A stretch of 59,746 bases of DNA, the filler included, from Dimargaris cristalligena (taxonomy: Eukaryota), in assembly GCA_003614675.1 (NCBI GenBank). It is 9 parts of 9 records of this genome, joined end to end, with 100 filler letters (N's around TTAATTAATTAA, not from the genome) between each part and the next. Parts side by side here need not be neighbours in the genome. Positions count along the whole stretch, not along the records: positions 1 to 6,612 come from ML003501.1; positions 6,713 to 13,305 come from ML003502.1; positions 13,406 to 19,983 come from ML003503.1; 6 more parts are not named here. One strand, written 5' to 3'. The position numbers and the translations under genes are program-made. The notes under the pieces were generated by a model. The model had not been told where the DNA came from and made no database searches. It saw only the letters and a list, made by a program, of their open reading frames with translations. This document shows, piece after piece, positions 1 through 13,497 of the stretch. Numbering within the stretch: the stretch's first letter is position 1; every line of letters starts with the position of its first letter.

Positions 1-55
<55 letters not shown>
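1..55. repeat. (AG)n microsatellite at contig start
   Basis: Perfect AG dinucleotide run from base 1. Confidence 0.98.
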
Positions 56-57
<2 letters not shown>

Positions 58-3000
58 AGTACATTCGCATTCTACTGCTATTATGCATGCATATATACAA
101 CGACGGGATTCCTTTATTTAACTACCTAAAAACCACCCCCTCCCTCCGGAACAGTAGACCTCATCAAACTCGGCTTAAAACTTTTGGACCTTGGTTTCTT
201 CTACTTTGACTGTTTATATATATATATATATTTATTTATTTATCTCGATTGGCCTATCCGGTTACTCGAAAAACTCAGCCCTCGTCTCTGCGTCTCGTTG
301 TTTTGACATTTCCAACAATAACCGCACATCTCTCCGGGTGTGCGTCACTTCATTTCACCCTCTCGCGCATAACCACGCCCAATGAACCGGAGAGTAAAGA
401 CCTAACTTCCCAAGTACACTGTGCCCAGGACACACCATGTGTAACACGTCTAGTCTCATCTACGCTCATTTACTTCAACAGCCTACACGCGGTGTGCAGG
501 GTAGGACGGAGACACACGTACTAGTCCCGACACCCCCTCCCTAACCAATAGCCACTACTACTTCCCTCCCCCTCTCGTTTCTCTGTCGTCTACTATAGAC
601 TTTTTTTTAAATACACCGCTCCCCGTTAAGGGTAGTGTGCGGCGGTGCGCAACACCCTCCTCCGCCCGTCTACTGTGGTTGGCGTAGGGCGTTTGCTCCT
701 CTCCCGTCTCATCGATACGCAGTGCGCAATTATATATATATATATATTTATTCCAATTTTATTCGCTCTGTAAAATCACATTGTTCCAGCTGAGTGTCCA
801 TTACCCGCCTCTACTATTCACGCGCTCCTAAACAGATATATATATATATATATTTAAGCACTAGGGTGAACGGCTGCCCCAATAGACCCAGCGATCCCCA
901 AGATAGTGAAGCAGCGGACTTACATTTATCCTTTGCGGTCCTTCATTTCGGATACTTCGTCACCATCTATTATTCAAGTACATTTTTACCATTTGTGGAT
1001 TTTGTTTATCGCCACACTTGTCCTTTGGCCACATCTGTTTAGCTCGGTTTCCCTACCCACTCCCGACTTGTATCAATCTAGTGACCGTACCCGCTGTTGC
1101 CTTGTCAAAACCAGCGACCTTACCATCCTCTCGCCCAAGCTCTATTTTATTTCCATTAGCCCTGTCTGGTGGCACACTTAGCGTTTCTTGTGACCGTGTC
1201 TCCCCACCGAGCCATTGTATAGGTTACATTGGTCCGCCCTCTTTTCGTCCGATTAATCAGTCTCGAGCCATCCGGCTTACTCTGTACAATCCCTTGCGCT
1301 GGTCTTTCGCCTTGAAGCGCTTGCGAGCCCGACGTTGTACAATCCCACCCTTTCCCTCTCTTGGTTGACTACTTCATCCCGTCCGTTGGTCTTCCCGAGT
1401 CCCTTGTTTATATTGCCCCCAATATTCCGCCCATTCTCTCTTCGTATCCACTCCCTGTTTCCTGCCCAACTGGGAACTACCGATCCCTGCCCCCATCTTC
1501 TCCTTTTATTCCCCCACCTCCCCTCCGACTTAACTCTTTCCCGTTGCCTTATTCTCCAATTGACGGCACCTCTACGTTTGGCATCTATAGAGTGTCCTCA
1601 TTATAATATTATACTTCTTTTACGATATTAGTAGTATTATTGTCGGGTAGCCCTCCCTTTTGCTGCTGTATTATATAACCGGCCCCTGTCCACACGGTAA
1701 GTACCTCCTCTTTTTCAATCCCCCTTTTCTTTTTACCGTCCGTTTAATTTTATTAGTTAATTTATACCCCATTATTTCCCCAATTAATCAAGTATTCCTC
1801 GGATTACATTTTCTGTTTTCCGTCTAGTGTGCATAACTTTCGACCGGGTCTTCGAATGGTTCCATTTGGCTCATCCAAGAATTTCAGGGCCCCCTTTGTC
1901 ACTTTTCTATGCATGATCACTTTCCATATATCTCACTCCTCATTACCCGTAATTCAGTTCGTTGCGAATTCCGTGTCCCTTTTCTTGTCAACGCCATCTG
2001 ACCGTAGATTTCCCCCTTTTATATTACTTGGAAACTCTCCGCACTCCTCCATTAATAATTTAAAATTACACCGTCTGCTTTCGACATCACCCTCCTCACT
2101 GATATTCTAATATTCACACTCTACCACAGCTCCATGCATATCGGGCGATCGTTTATGCTCAATTACCTTTGAAGTTATTCCAAATTTCTTTTTTCTAATC
2201 ATACTACTGATCGATCGACTTTTCCTACTTATTTTACTAATTCCATTTGTTTTCTTCATTATTTCTTGTCCTAGTTTTCGGTACTGTATTCGCTTATCTC
2301 CGCCTTATCGGCTTTGTTTAGTGTTTTATGGGTCTTTTATCGGATTGCACTTGCATTGTATAACTATCTTTATCTTCCACTTGCTCAAGTTAATCGGCCT
2401 GTGAATTGCCACTTTTACTCCACCCGATCCTTATACTTCTACTCCCCCAATTCACGTCCTTTAGCCCCTGCCTGTATCCACATCCCCTTCGTCACCTCCC
2501 TCTCCACATTCGCCCAACTCACTCACTCACATACCTAACCCCACTTGCCATACGCGTTATTGCCCCCACTAGTCTGCACCGCCATTTCTCTCGATTCCCC
2601 TCTGTGCCCCTGAAAGTGTAAGTCCCTTTTATCTTGGTCAGTCGGAATACTCTCATCTCTCTATAGGCACATATGCCATTTGCCGACTGCTGTACGTGGC
2701 TGTAACCCTGCCTTACCTCCTGTCGGGATTTATTGAAGTTGCTCGGCCCGGGTCATACATACCACTCTTTAAAATTACAATCCACAGCGTAATTTGCTAA
2801 ACGGACTCGCTGTTAAACTACCTGGCGGGTTTTATATATATACATATGTGTGTGGGGGGGGGGGTAAATTGACCTTTGGGTCACTATAATTTCCGCTTAA
2901 CGTACCCCCTATATAAAATATGGCTAGTGGGCGAACCTAATCCCTTTACTTATTAATGTCTAATCACCTGCCTTATCCACCTTGACCATAGATATAAAGC

Positions 3001-3197
3001 CTCTATTCTGGCCCCAGTCCGGTTATTGTACACCACACACCCCTACCCGATTTAATTAACCCGGCTTCTTCTTGGTGCCCCTAGTCCTTCACTTGCCTAA
3101 TTACAGCTGGTCCTGGTGCCTGAGCCTGCTGGTTATTTCTTCATCTACATATTAGTTTAGGCTACTTCCTTGTTTTAATTTAATATTTCCTCCCACA

Positions 3198-6100
3198 ATG
3201 TCTCAATCAGCACCACTTCAACGGATATGGGGGCGGACTATTCTCGTGACCCTTGTCCTCATTCATTTGTTATGGGCCCCTTTGGTATGGGGCGTTGGTG
3301 ATGATATTTCACCCACTATTCCACGGGCCCGGGCTCCCTTTATGGTTTCATCATCTGGTGAGGACCTTGATCAACTTCGTCAAATCAGCGAAGCGCGGGC
3401 ACGGAGCCCACCGTCCACAATGCTTACATCTACCGGGGAGGATCTCGACCGGCTTCGTCAAGTCAGTGCCCCCCAGGTACCGGCCCGTGATGTAATTCCC
3501 CCTCGGTCAGCCCCTGAACCTGCACCAAGACTTCCAATCCGGCGCCAGCGGCCTGTCCTCGATGTTGAGTCGTCTCTTCCTGTCGAGGAACCTACCATCA
3601 GCAACTCAAGCTCAGTCACTGAAGATAATGTTTCACCGACCTCAGCCATTGATGAGCCCACTGAATATGCGGCAGAGCCAGATGCCAAAACTGAAGTCGA
3701 ATCCCGCGATGCGGAGCTCGACAAATGTCGCAACATCCACAGTCGACCTAATCCGTGCGAGTATGTCAGGCAAGAATGTCCGCCTGACAGTATCATTGAC
3801 TACCTGGGTCTCTACTACTGCGAGCTGTCCTCTGCGAAGCCAATGTTCTATGTGGTGGCGATCCTGCTGATTCTCATTTACTTTTACACCTTGTACCATA
3901 TCAGTGACGTGTATTTGACCAATGCTCTTCAACAGCTTTCCAATTTTATGAATATGTCCAACGAGGTGGCTGGCCTCACTCTTCTGTCTTTCGGAAACAG
4001 TGCCCCCGATTTCTTTACCGCCCTAGCCGGTGTGTCCACCGACGGCCTGGAGCTTATTCTCAGCTCATCCATCAGTGGCGGTATTTTCGTAACCACTATT
4101 GTATTGGGCTCTGTGATTATCGGTGCCGTCTCATATTACAATCATACCAATGGTTTGGTCAACGACCCTGAGCGGACTGTGGGAAATAGTAGGGACTCGC
4201 TGACCCTACCCCCGCCCCCCTCGGGCAAAGATTCGCCCACCTTCATGAACCACCTGCTGAACCAGCGCGCGTTTCGCCGCATTCGGCGGCGTCTACGTAA
4301 CCTCACCCGACCCCTTCGTCAAGGTACACATATTGAGCGGCAGCAGATGGCCCTGGAGCACGCCCGGCGGGCGGATCCCTGGTTTTCCTCCCCCACCGCC
4401 CCCGCCCGGGGAATTCCCGCTTCTGGGCTGGTGGGTTCAATGACCGAACTGACCGCTTCTAAGCAGCCCGACCGCCACTTGGCTAACCTGCAGGTGGTGT
4501 ACAACCCCAACAGCCTGGACTCCCATCATGTCGTCAACGGCCACACCTTGGACGGCGCCGACCTCTCAATGAAGGCCTCATCCTCCTTCCGCGGCTACCG
4601 AGTGCCAACGTTCCACTGGCTCCGGATGACCATTGTCTATGGCATCGCTGTGGCGGCCCTGACCATTTTCTCCTTCAACGGCCGGATATATGACTACGAG
4701 GCTGCATTGCTATTTGTAGGTTACATGGTGTTTCTTTTGTCCTACCTAGCCCACTATCTTTTGCGTCGTTGGAGGGTCTGGCGAAAACAACAACAACAGC
4801 TTAAAGAGCAAACAGTGTCGGCGGTGGAGGGGCAGGGGCAACCTCCCCATTCCGGTATCGCGGCTAGCCCCCAAGTAGGAAACCCGAACTACCTCAGTGA
4901 AAAACCGCTTGGTGATTACTCACACGAGATGTCCGTGGCTACGACGCCTACTGCGGCCGAACGGCACCTGTCGGCGATACCTGACCGCATCAGTGAGCAC
5001 CAGGTTCCCAACTGCCGTGCCTATATCGAAAATCAAATGACAGGTACTGTTGTGGCCGCGACGCCTAGGCGCCAGGCGTTTATGGACTATAGCGCCGTGG
5101 TGACTGAGTTGTGGCCCCAGACTAGCGAGTTCCGTACGCGGCCAGTATGGTCCATTCTGGAGGTGATTAAATTCCCTCTCCATTTGGTGGTTCGTCTTAC
5201 TATACCCCCTATTCTGAATACTGTTGGTGAAATTGAAGAGTCCGATTCTTCAGATGACGAAGAAGACGACGATGAAATCGATGACAACCCTATCGACGAG
5301 TCCGAACTGAAAGCCGGGGATTATCGCGGCCACGCTGCCGAGTTGGACGATGAAGTGGCCACCCTTCCGGCCGAGTCTTTCCACCACTCCGCTTCTACGC
5401 AGGATTGGGCCAAATTCACTGACCATCGTCCTTCTCCTTTGGATGTTACCATTCCTAATTATAATATTGGCCATGAAGGTAAATCGGGCACCGCCATACC
5501 GCCTAGTTTCACTAGCGAAGGTCTCGCCGCCCCCCGTGCGTCCCCATCGGTGGGAGAGGGTGGGGTTTCCCGGCGTCTAAGCACTTGGTATAACTATCAC
5601 TTTTACCAAAAGCGGTTTTCCTCCAGTCCTAATTTGTCCGCTGGCCAAGCCGAAGCAACTCCCGCCGCGGACCCTAATGAACAATTGAATGACCGCCGGG
5701 GGCCCGGGCGTAAGCGTTCGTGGTTCGGCGAGCTAAGCCAATTCCGCCAAGTTCGCACCGACCAGTCAACTGGTGTGAGTACCAACGAGGCCTGTGTCAC
5801 GGCCCATGTTGAACCATCGGCCGCTAATACCCTTTCACCTCCTGCACCTCGCCGCCAGGCACCCCGCATCTTCATCGATGATTATACCCAAGAGGTGCCT
5901 ACGCGTACCGAGTGGCTGAGTGGAAGCTCGTTTTACACTGTTACTTCGGTGGCCACCGACGACTCGTTAACCACAACTGCGTCGTCGACATCATCCTACT
6001 TGTACGACTCGACGGATTCGGAGGTTAGTACCACGGAGGAAAGCGAGAATCAGCCGTCGTTTGATCAGCCAGGGCATTCTTCCGTGTCCGCAACCAAGGT

Positions 6101-6612
6101 GGATTCCCCGCAGGTGGTTGAGGCTTCCTTGATTGACCAGCGGGATCAGACGCGCCGCCAGTCCATCCCCCCCAACTGGGTACTAGATGAACCCGTGACC
6201 GAGTTCGATGATTACTCGACCTATAGTCCCGGAACAGCCAGTTTCCATACAGCCAAACCGTCCATTGATTCCAGTATGGTGGCATCCCCGCCATTCCCGG
6301 TGGGCCAGTTCCCTGGTCGGCAGTCACCCGAAATTCGAGTTCGGGATAGTTTAGCGTTCAACCGGTCCTCGTGGATGACCAACAATTCCAATGACGCCGA
6401 CGAGAGCTTCTACTCGCTACCTTCTCCGACCCAGGGCGCCCCACCCCACCCCCTTCGTTTGACGGGTATCGATGCCCAAATCACCAATGGCGATGGTAGT
6501 GGCAATACCAGTGAGCTGGGACAGCCAGACAGAATGGCCTTCTGGGCGACTGATGGGCGCCAGGGCCACGCCCCAGCCCGGGATAGCCATACTTTTGGGC
6601 GGCTTAGCGGTA
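3198..6612 (+). CDS. Cation/Ca2+ exchanger, CCX/NCLX-like (Na_Ca_ex family); 3'-truncated by contig end
   Basis: N-terminal signal peptide; Cys-rich luminal motif C..C...C...IIDYLGLYYC; alpha-1 repeat VAGLTLLSFGNSAPDFF; hydrophobic TM segments; very long acidic/Ser-rich loop. The second alpha repeat is not reached before the gap. Confidence 0.88.
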
Positions 6613-6712
6613 NNNNNNNNNNNNNNNNNNNNNNNNNNNNNNNNNNNNNNNNNNNNTTAATTAATTAANNNNNNNNNNNNNNNNNNNNNNNNNNNNNNNN
6701 NNNNNNNNNNNN
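6613..6712. other. Artificial contig spacer N44-TTAATTAATTAA-N44
   Basis: Identical 100-nt linker with stops in all six frames recurs 8 times. Confidence 0.97.
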
Positions 6713-6794
6713 AATCGTTGGCTGCGGGCATAGCGAGCACGCTATTCTGGATGGCCGCAAGGGCCACAATGGCAATGATCGACACACGCATCAT
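6713..6794 (-). CDS. 5' end of a secreted protein (signal peptide only; runs off contig)
   Basis: Reverse strand reads MMRVSIIAIVALAAIQNSVLAMPAAND, a classical signal peptide with a VLA cleavage site and ACCATG start context. Confidence 0.6.
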
Positions 6795-9700
6795 GGTTAG
6801 AGTGCCTTAATTGGGCGAACAATTAATTCAGGGACGGGACTATGTAGGTGTTTAAGGCAATTATAAGTAATTGATTCGATGAGAATGCGTGTAGGGCTGT
6901 CTAGTAATAATGGGAGATTAACGAGTGAGGGGGTGTGGATTGAGAGACTAGTCAAAATGAGAATGGCGTAACAGTAGGTGAATAATAAGGGGGGAGGTGG
7001 CGTAAATGAAATCTAGGCTACCGGATGTGAATAGAATGGAGGAGTAGAATAGGGGGGGGGGCCTAAGAAAATCAATTCTAGGGCTTAACAAAAAGATGAA
7101 TATATCGTTACCACGGATGGTCATAAAAAAGTGCAACAACCCTACGTTGTAATCAATGTAAAAGAACACATTGCTTGACTGAAAGACATTAGAGGTGGCC
7201 GAGTGCAGTGGTTTAAATAGACCAGCGGATTCCATAACGGGGAGTGGGAAAGGCCGGCGGAGATGGCAACATTCACCTGGTGGCCCGGAGTGAGGCGAAT
7301 AGACGGGGATTGGACAAGTCCGACCAGTTTGGCAATATTCGCTTATCTGCCATTACTGATGATTGCTACTTAAAAATAGACGGAATGTGCGAAGGCATAG
7401 GATTGGTTGATCCGACATCAACGTCGAGAATGACCCATACCTTAAACTAATGTACATGGGAGTAGAGTAGTTCCGCTCAGGTTCTATTGAATACTGCCCC
7501 CCCTACCTGTGCCGCCCGCCTTGCCCTCTCATCCAATTGGGTTTGGGTTGCTCTATTTTGCTTTTTTTCCTCTTTCTAATCCAACAATCTTGGTGAAAGC
7601 GGAACCTATGGATGTCCAGTGAGAATAACCCTCCTCGTTTGCTACTCTCCCCGTGGAATTACCTACTATTCTTGGGGGAGCGACTGTTTCAATTGTGGCG
7701 ACAACAGCGAATATCGTTCACACCAACAGCTGGCCAATCCAACTGTTGATCCCCCTCTACCCTCTCAGGCCTTTCCATTAACCCCACTTGCTCATTCCCA
7801 TGAGGCCAACTGAGTTACAGGACTGGCACCTGTTCCTGAACCTGGAGTGACACAGACCGTTAGAAAGCGGTTTATGAAGAAGTAATAACGGCAGCGCAAT
7901 AGATTAAACCCAATTAAAATTGAGCTTGATGACTAGTATCCCGCTGGAATTATAGTGCATTCACAAATTTACGTAAGTATTCCGTAGACCTACGGCCATC
8001 AGGGGGTTCCGATTTATAATCGCATGGGTAAAGTGGGTCTCTTACATGTATAGGTCACCGATTAGACAGATATCGTAATTTGACACAACTTGAATAGCTA
8101 TGATTAATTTTTAGATTGCACTCCGACTAAGACTGACACTTCCCGTGCAATACGAGAGACTCAGGTGACCCAACATTCGATACAGAAACGAGGGAGTTTG
8201 AGTGAGCGGTAAAAGGTGTCCTCACATGCAAGATGATATGGTAGATGAGACGAAATGGATAGAGTATTGAAGAACTTCCATGTACTCTGAATTGACGATG
8301 GAGCCCAAATCGGTTCTCATTTTCATTGCCTTGGTTCTGTTGATGTCCCCCATGGCCTTAATTATCAGCGAAGCAGCCTAATGGGTAATGAGATTCCCGG
8401 CCTGCTACTCAAACGGGGACTGCCCTTATTGTGTGATATATTTATAATGATGATAACAACGATTCACATTGAATTGGTTGGTCAGAGGCGATCTCACATA
8501 CTGGAGAAGGCTGACGTTGGCAAGTCTCTCGCCCTCGGGTACGCAGAATGAACCTCTCCAACCAAGGATAAGATCCCTGGATGGGTGGATGACCATCGCT
8601 TGTCACAGGCACATACTGGCATGTTGTTGTCAGAATATCATAGATCGGTTGGGATTGCTATGAACAGATGTGCTGCTGGGCCTTAATACCCATGTCGTCT
8701 GCTCTGTTTTGCTACATCATCCCAGGGGAAACAAGGCTTATTCGGGAGGCTTGACATCCCCGCCCCAGACTGCAAGTTGCCGCTCTTTAGCTGATGCGGG
8801 CCATACCCGCAATAGACATACTTTTACCGACTTGCAGGTCACCAATAAGAGTCATAACGACCGATGTATTCATCCAATTGAGATAATAGTCGAAGTATAA
8901 CAACGGGCATCAGCAATTTATCCCAATGGGAGATAAACCAGCCTTTTACATCCGTACCACCCGGTCGCTGTGTAGTTCGGTGCATTACCGTAGATATTGA
9001 GAAGCAGGGGGAACATTGCACCAACCATGCTTTACGGCGACATGGCTTTTTAATAACTGATTGGCAGGGGGAACATGAGCTATCCCAATTACACCTCCAA
9101 TTTGGGAATGTCTTCGAAAACAAAAAAAAAAGGTAGACATGAAGCACTTTGCAAGTATCGCCACCCCCACATTACTTTGAGGAGTATTACAAAAGTGAGG
9201 TAAAGCATATCAGCCGCAGGCCCGACCCCCAATAAGTATGACCGTCCCTCACAATGATCGACCGGGATTCGGTAAGGCGGGGGCGTATTGGCACCATGTT
9301 TAGAAAGAGTAGAGCGATGAGGAAGCAGTAACGAAAGACAAGGAAAATCCCTGACCTCGCTTTTATTCCCTTATTGTACGTCGCGACTCACACGCAGTGT
9401 CTACCAATTCCGGTCCTTCCAGAACGTACAATCATGTGATTCAGAAGCTTCGTCGGGGAGAGAGGGGTTAATAGAAAGGGCGCGTACACCTAGGGCGACC
9501 CTCCCCCTCAGCTGGGAACTTCGATGCCGGTTTAAACCATATAACACGAATGGGAATGGCAGAAATAAATGGACCTGCACATTGCGTGTGGTCGTCAGTC
9601 GATTAAGTGATCCAGCCAAATCCGGAAATGCTGCATTGCTAATAGATGTCTGCGCTGAATATACTGCCATCCTAACTCGAAAAATAATCTGTTAGCCAAA

Positions 9701-10474
9701 TGCTATAGCGTTGATTCCAACAGACCCCAAAATCCCGCATTTTACAATAAATCACTCCCCGGTACTCCACTTTTTACATGATCTAAATATAGCCAATTTT
9801 TTTATCTAATCAATCAACTTTGACGACGATTCGCCATGAAAGAGGCATTCCCCTCAATAAATATTGGTGATTGATATGGACATTTCGAATATAAAATTAC
9901 ACAGCATCAAGTTTGCTCGCCGCGATAGTGCCTGAGGTATTTATACTTCTTTAATAGACAACCAGGGATGGGCCATTCCTACCACGCAGCTACACCACCA
10001 TTTCGTTGATAAGATAGTAAAGTACGGCAATGTGCTTGATATGTGCACCAAAATACAGCCTACAATCCCCTGTAACTCAATTGGCCAGTGGTTGGGGTGA
10101 TTCCCAGCTATCAATTATGGTTTTTCTAGCGTGCTCAACAGGGCCCAGCCACTTAATGGCTGGTTTTTTGACTACGGGCAATCAGGTCCTCCATAAAAAT
10201 AGATTAACATTTCAGAGTGAAAAGCTGTATTGGGCTGATTGGCTACTGGCCGATACCGTGGAAACTATATTTCTCGAATATAATTAACCACATTGCAGGA
10301 AAATGTGTGTTCGATTTTTCGTTATATACAAAAAAAAAAGAATAACAATTATATGGGGGGATTTTGCACCTTCCGAACGATTCTCTAGCAAACCGTTCAA
10401 GCCCGGTCTCATTACAATCGCACATTGTATGTTTAACATATGCCCCTCAGGATATGCTTAGAGTCGATTAATAT

Positions 10475-10610
10475 GGGAGAAGTTCAACAAGGCTGTATAA
10501 CGAAAAATCCATTTGATGAGGCAACTACTACTGGTTGAAATTAAATATCCCACCGATTTTCCCATACATATATCAGTTGAAACCTTATACAACCGAGCTG
10601 AACGTCTCCC
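10475..10610 (+). mobile_element. 136-bp MITE-like repeat, full copy 1
   Basis: ~26-bp imperfect TIRs (GGGAGAAGTTCAACAAGGCTGTATAA ... TTATACAACCGAGCTGAACGTCTCCC), ATAT on both sides; homologous copies at 13233, 13406, 17433 and 43260. Confidence 0.8.
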
Positions 10611-13232
10611 ATATGGTACAGTCACCCTGGTTCACCTCCAAATACTGACCATCTACTTGAGATATAACAAAAAGACAACAACCAACATCGATTATTTTGA
10701 AGACCTCCAGTTAACCATATGTATTTCCTTAGGACCCATGGTCCCCTAGCCTCCATACGTATGTGCAGTCTAGTTAATAAAAGGGGGGCGTGGGCGGCTG
10801 AAGTAGCTGTTTTTCCTGATTAAGTAGGCGTATATTAAGGGCGGATAACAGGATAAATTACAGGCATTTCTAAAGATTAGTTTTGTTATTACTGCCGCCA
10901 AAACACTTGATAATGTACACGGCTAATCCTTTAGACGGCCAATCGGCTTCCCCACTTTAGTTCGCTGGCAAGGACCAGTGTATATCTTTTGGCAGTCGTC
11001 ACTAATATCCACGAGTGTGATGTAACGGCATCATAGCCACGAACAGACATCCAATAGTCACTTCGTCGATAATAGACTATTCGCGAGGTTTGCCAGAGGG
11101 TCGAGCATAATATCCAAAAATACAATATACTAACAGGAACCCCCTTTTATCAAGCTAGCTCCTATAGAAATGCACTTAGATAGACGGGAAGTTATCAAAC
11201 GGATATTTGGCAGGACATTGCTGGTAGTGGTGAGGATACGACAGCTGCTTGTTGTACAGTGTGTGGCACCATCATTTTACTATCATTTAATAACCCCAAA
11301 GAACTATCATATGCCACGATTTTCTCGTTGATACAGGGGTATGCTGGAATGTTATCCTACAGCGGCTTGCTGATCAGTAGTATAAATATTATTGGTCGTC
11401 AACTAATCAATCCATTCATCCAAAAGCAACTCCCAACGTTGTGGTAGGGGGTGGGCACCACTATACTGTTGGCCTATTTCCAGTCCGATCAGACTATTTT
11501 TATCTGAAGAATACCAACCAAAAAGGGTCACAGCCGTCCAGGCCCATTTAATACCTTCCTCATTGGCCTCTTTTACCCCCTGGTATGATAAGAAATAATC
11601 ATAGCCATTTATGAACCGTTTGAAGTTCAACGTGTTTATTTATTGGGATATATATTTTGCACCTCCTTTCCCTTTCCCCTTCACCTCCGCCTTCGTCCCC
11701 GTCCTTCGCTTCAAAGATGCTGTTTCAAGAACAGGGCGTCAGTGGGGTTATTTCCCACCAATCCCCTGGAGGAGGAGTCGGAAGCCACACCTCCATAACG
11801 ATTGGCCCCAAAAGAGCGCCGGACATAGTCGTACCCACTGATTGTGGGAGGATAGAGAGGTAACAATAAAGGGCGATCCGGCTAGTCAGCCGTATGGTCC
11901 AATCAGTCAATTAGTTAGTCAGAACTAGTATAGTTTTAACGAGTCAATAGTTGCAATCCACTGTCTACAATAACAGCACACCATGAACACATCTTGGACT
12001 GTAGAGGTACCAGGTCGGATAATCGCTCAACCACTCCTACACACTTACGCCGATTGACCCGCTCGCACTGTATATTCCTCAGCTAAGGCCAGTGTCTATT
12101 TATTCTTTGGACCAATATGGGTAACATTGAATCCAGAGACTCACACTGTGGGATAATTCCCAAATAGAGTCGACTGACCCCCAGCATTCAATTTTGGGAC
12201 TTTTCGCTGTACATATTGAGAAATGGTGGACGATCCTCACCTAACTAAGGTGCATGAATTGGCCTTCGCTTTGCTTAAGTGTTTGGGAATTGCCGCCTCT
12301 ACTTGCGGCGGTTCCTGGCAGTGGCGGATGGGGAGAGCCAGCCAGTGTGGCAAACAATCTTAATTCGATTGCACGCCAACAACTGCTGAGGGCTCCTCTA
12401 AATAAATATATACTCATGCACATAATCGCCTCCCATTCCTCTCTCACCCTCCCCACAGACTCACAAAAACCCATCCAACATGATGGACAGCGCACGCTGA
12501 CCTGGCCCTCTTGTACACTTCGCGACAGTTTGGGATGAGGTGACCAATATTCCGGCTTTGTAGAGAATCGAAATGTTCCCAGTTCCCTCGCTTGAAACAC
12601 CAATACCCCATTTCGATCACCCGAATGCAACTACGAGGCGTAGTAAATTCAGCCAGGTCAGTTGGGTGTAGGATGGTCCAGCCACTGCCACTTTGGGTTG
12701 CGATGAGTGCAGTTCAAGGATCTTCCCAATTGCCTGTGGGGTTCTCGCCATAGTTCTATTTCGGATTATTCCAAAGCCGGCGTAGCAAGTTACTCGGTAG
12801 AGCCCTAAATCCGGCTAAATGGGATAGGAGAACCGCCGCACGATTTCGACTGATATCCATAGTAGGGTTAAACTATAGGTCTTATCAATCAACGATCATA
12901 GAAAGGGGGGAAGCTGGACCTTGGATAATCCATTACTGGCCTCGTATACTCTAACCTATCCATCGATTTATCTGCCGACTAAGCAATGCCATGAACCAAT
13001 ACTCTAATCACCATACGAGCATTATCTCTTACAATAATGAATCGCTGTGGCCAGGGGGTTATACCGCTAAACTATTTATTTTTTCCAAAATTTATCCAGG
13101 AATATCGGTCAATACGGTTCAACAACCATATGGAATGCCTTAGACAGTATCTGTCGTTACGATTAAATTGTCCAACGAGCCACAAATACCCTCTCTGAGT
13201 ATTGTTTCTATCTAAGTGACCGCTTAACATAT

Positions 13233-13305
13233 GGGAGAAGTTCATTCAGGCTGTATAATGAAACATCCATTGGATGAGGCCCATATTACTGGTTAAAACT
13301 ATTCT
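13233..13305 (+). mobile_element. MITE-like repeat, left part (cut by contig end)
   Basis: ATAT-GGGAGAAGTTCATTCAGGCTGTATAATGAAACATCCATTGGATGAGGC aligns to the start of the 10475 copy. Confidence 0.75.
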
Positions 13306-13405
13306 NNNNNNNNNNNNNNNNNNNNNNNNNNNNNNNNNNNNNNNNNNNNTTAATTAATTAANNNNNNNNNNNNNNNNNNNNNNNNNNNNNNNNNNNNNNN
13401 NNNNN
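13306..13405. other. Artificial contig spacer
   Basis: N44-TTAATTAATTAA-N44. Confidence 0.97.
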
Positions 13406-13497
13406 AGGCAAATACTACTGGTTGAAAATAAACATCCCACCGATTTTCCCATACACATATTAGCTAAACCCTTATACAACCAAGCTGAACTTCACCC
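13406..13497 (+). mobile_element. MITE-like repeat, right part (cut by contig start)
   Basis: CTACTGGTTGAAAATAAACATCCCACCGATTTTCCCATAC...GCTGAACTTCACCC-ATAT aligns to the right half of the 10475 copy. Confidence 0.75.

Noticed and set aside
6800-13230. Scattered short ORFs and exon-like pieces in contig 2 (e.g. 8255-8685 +, 11403-11850 -)
   Set aside because: No recognisable motif or consistent splice model. They may be relics but cannot be supported.
13233-13497. MITE apparently continuing across the spacer, suggesting contigs 2 and 3 are adjacent
   Set aside because: The overlapping part differs between the two halves (GGCCCATATTACTGGTTAAAAC vs GGCAAATACTACTGGTTGAAAA). They are different copies at which assembly broke.
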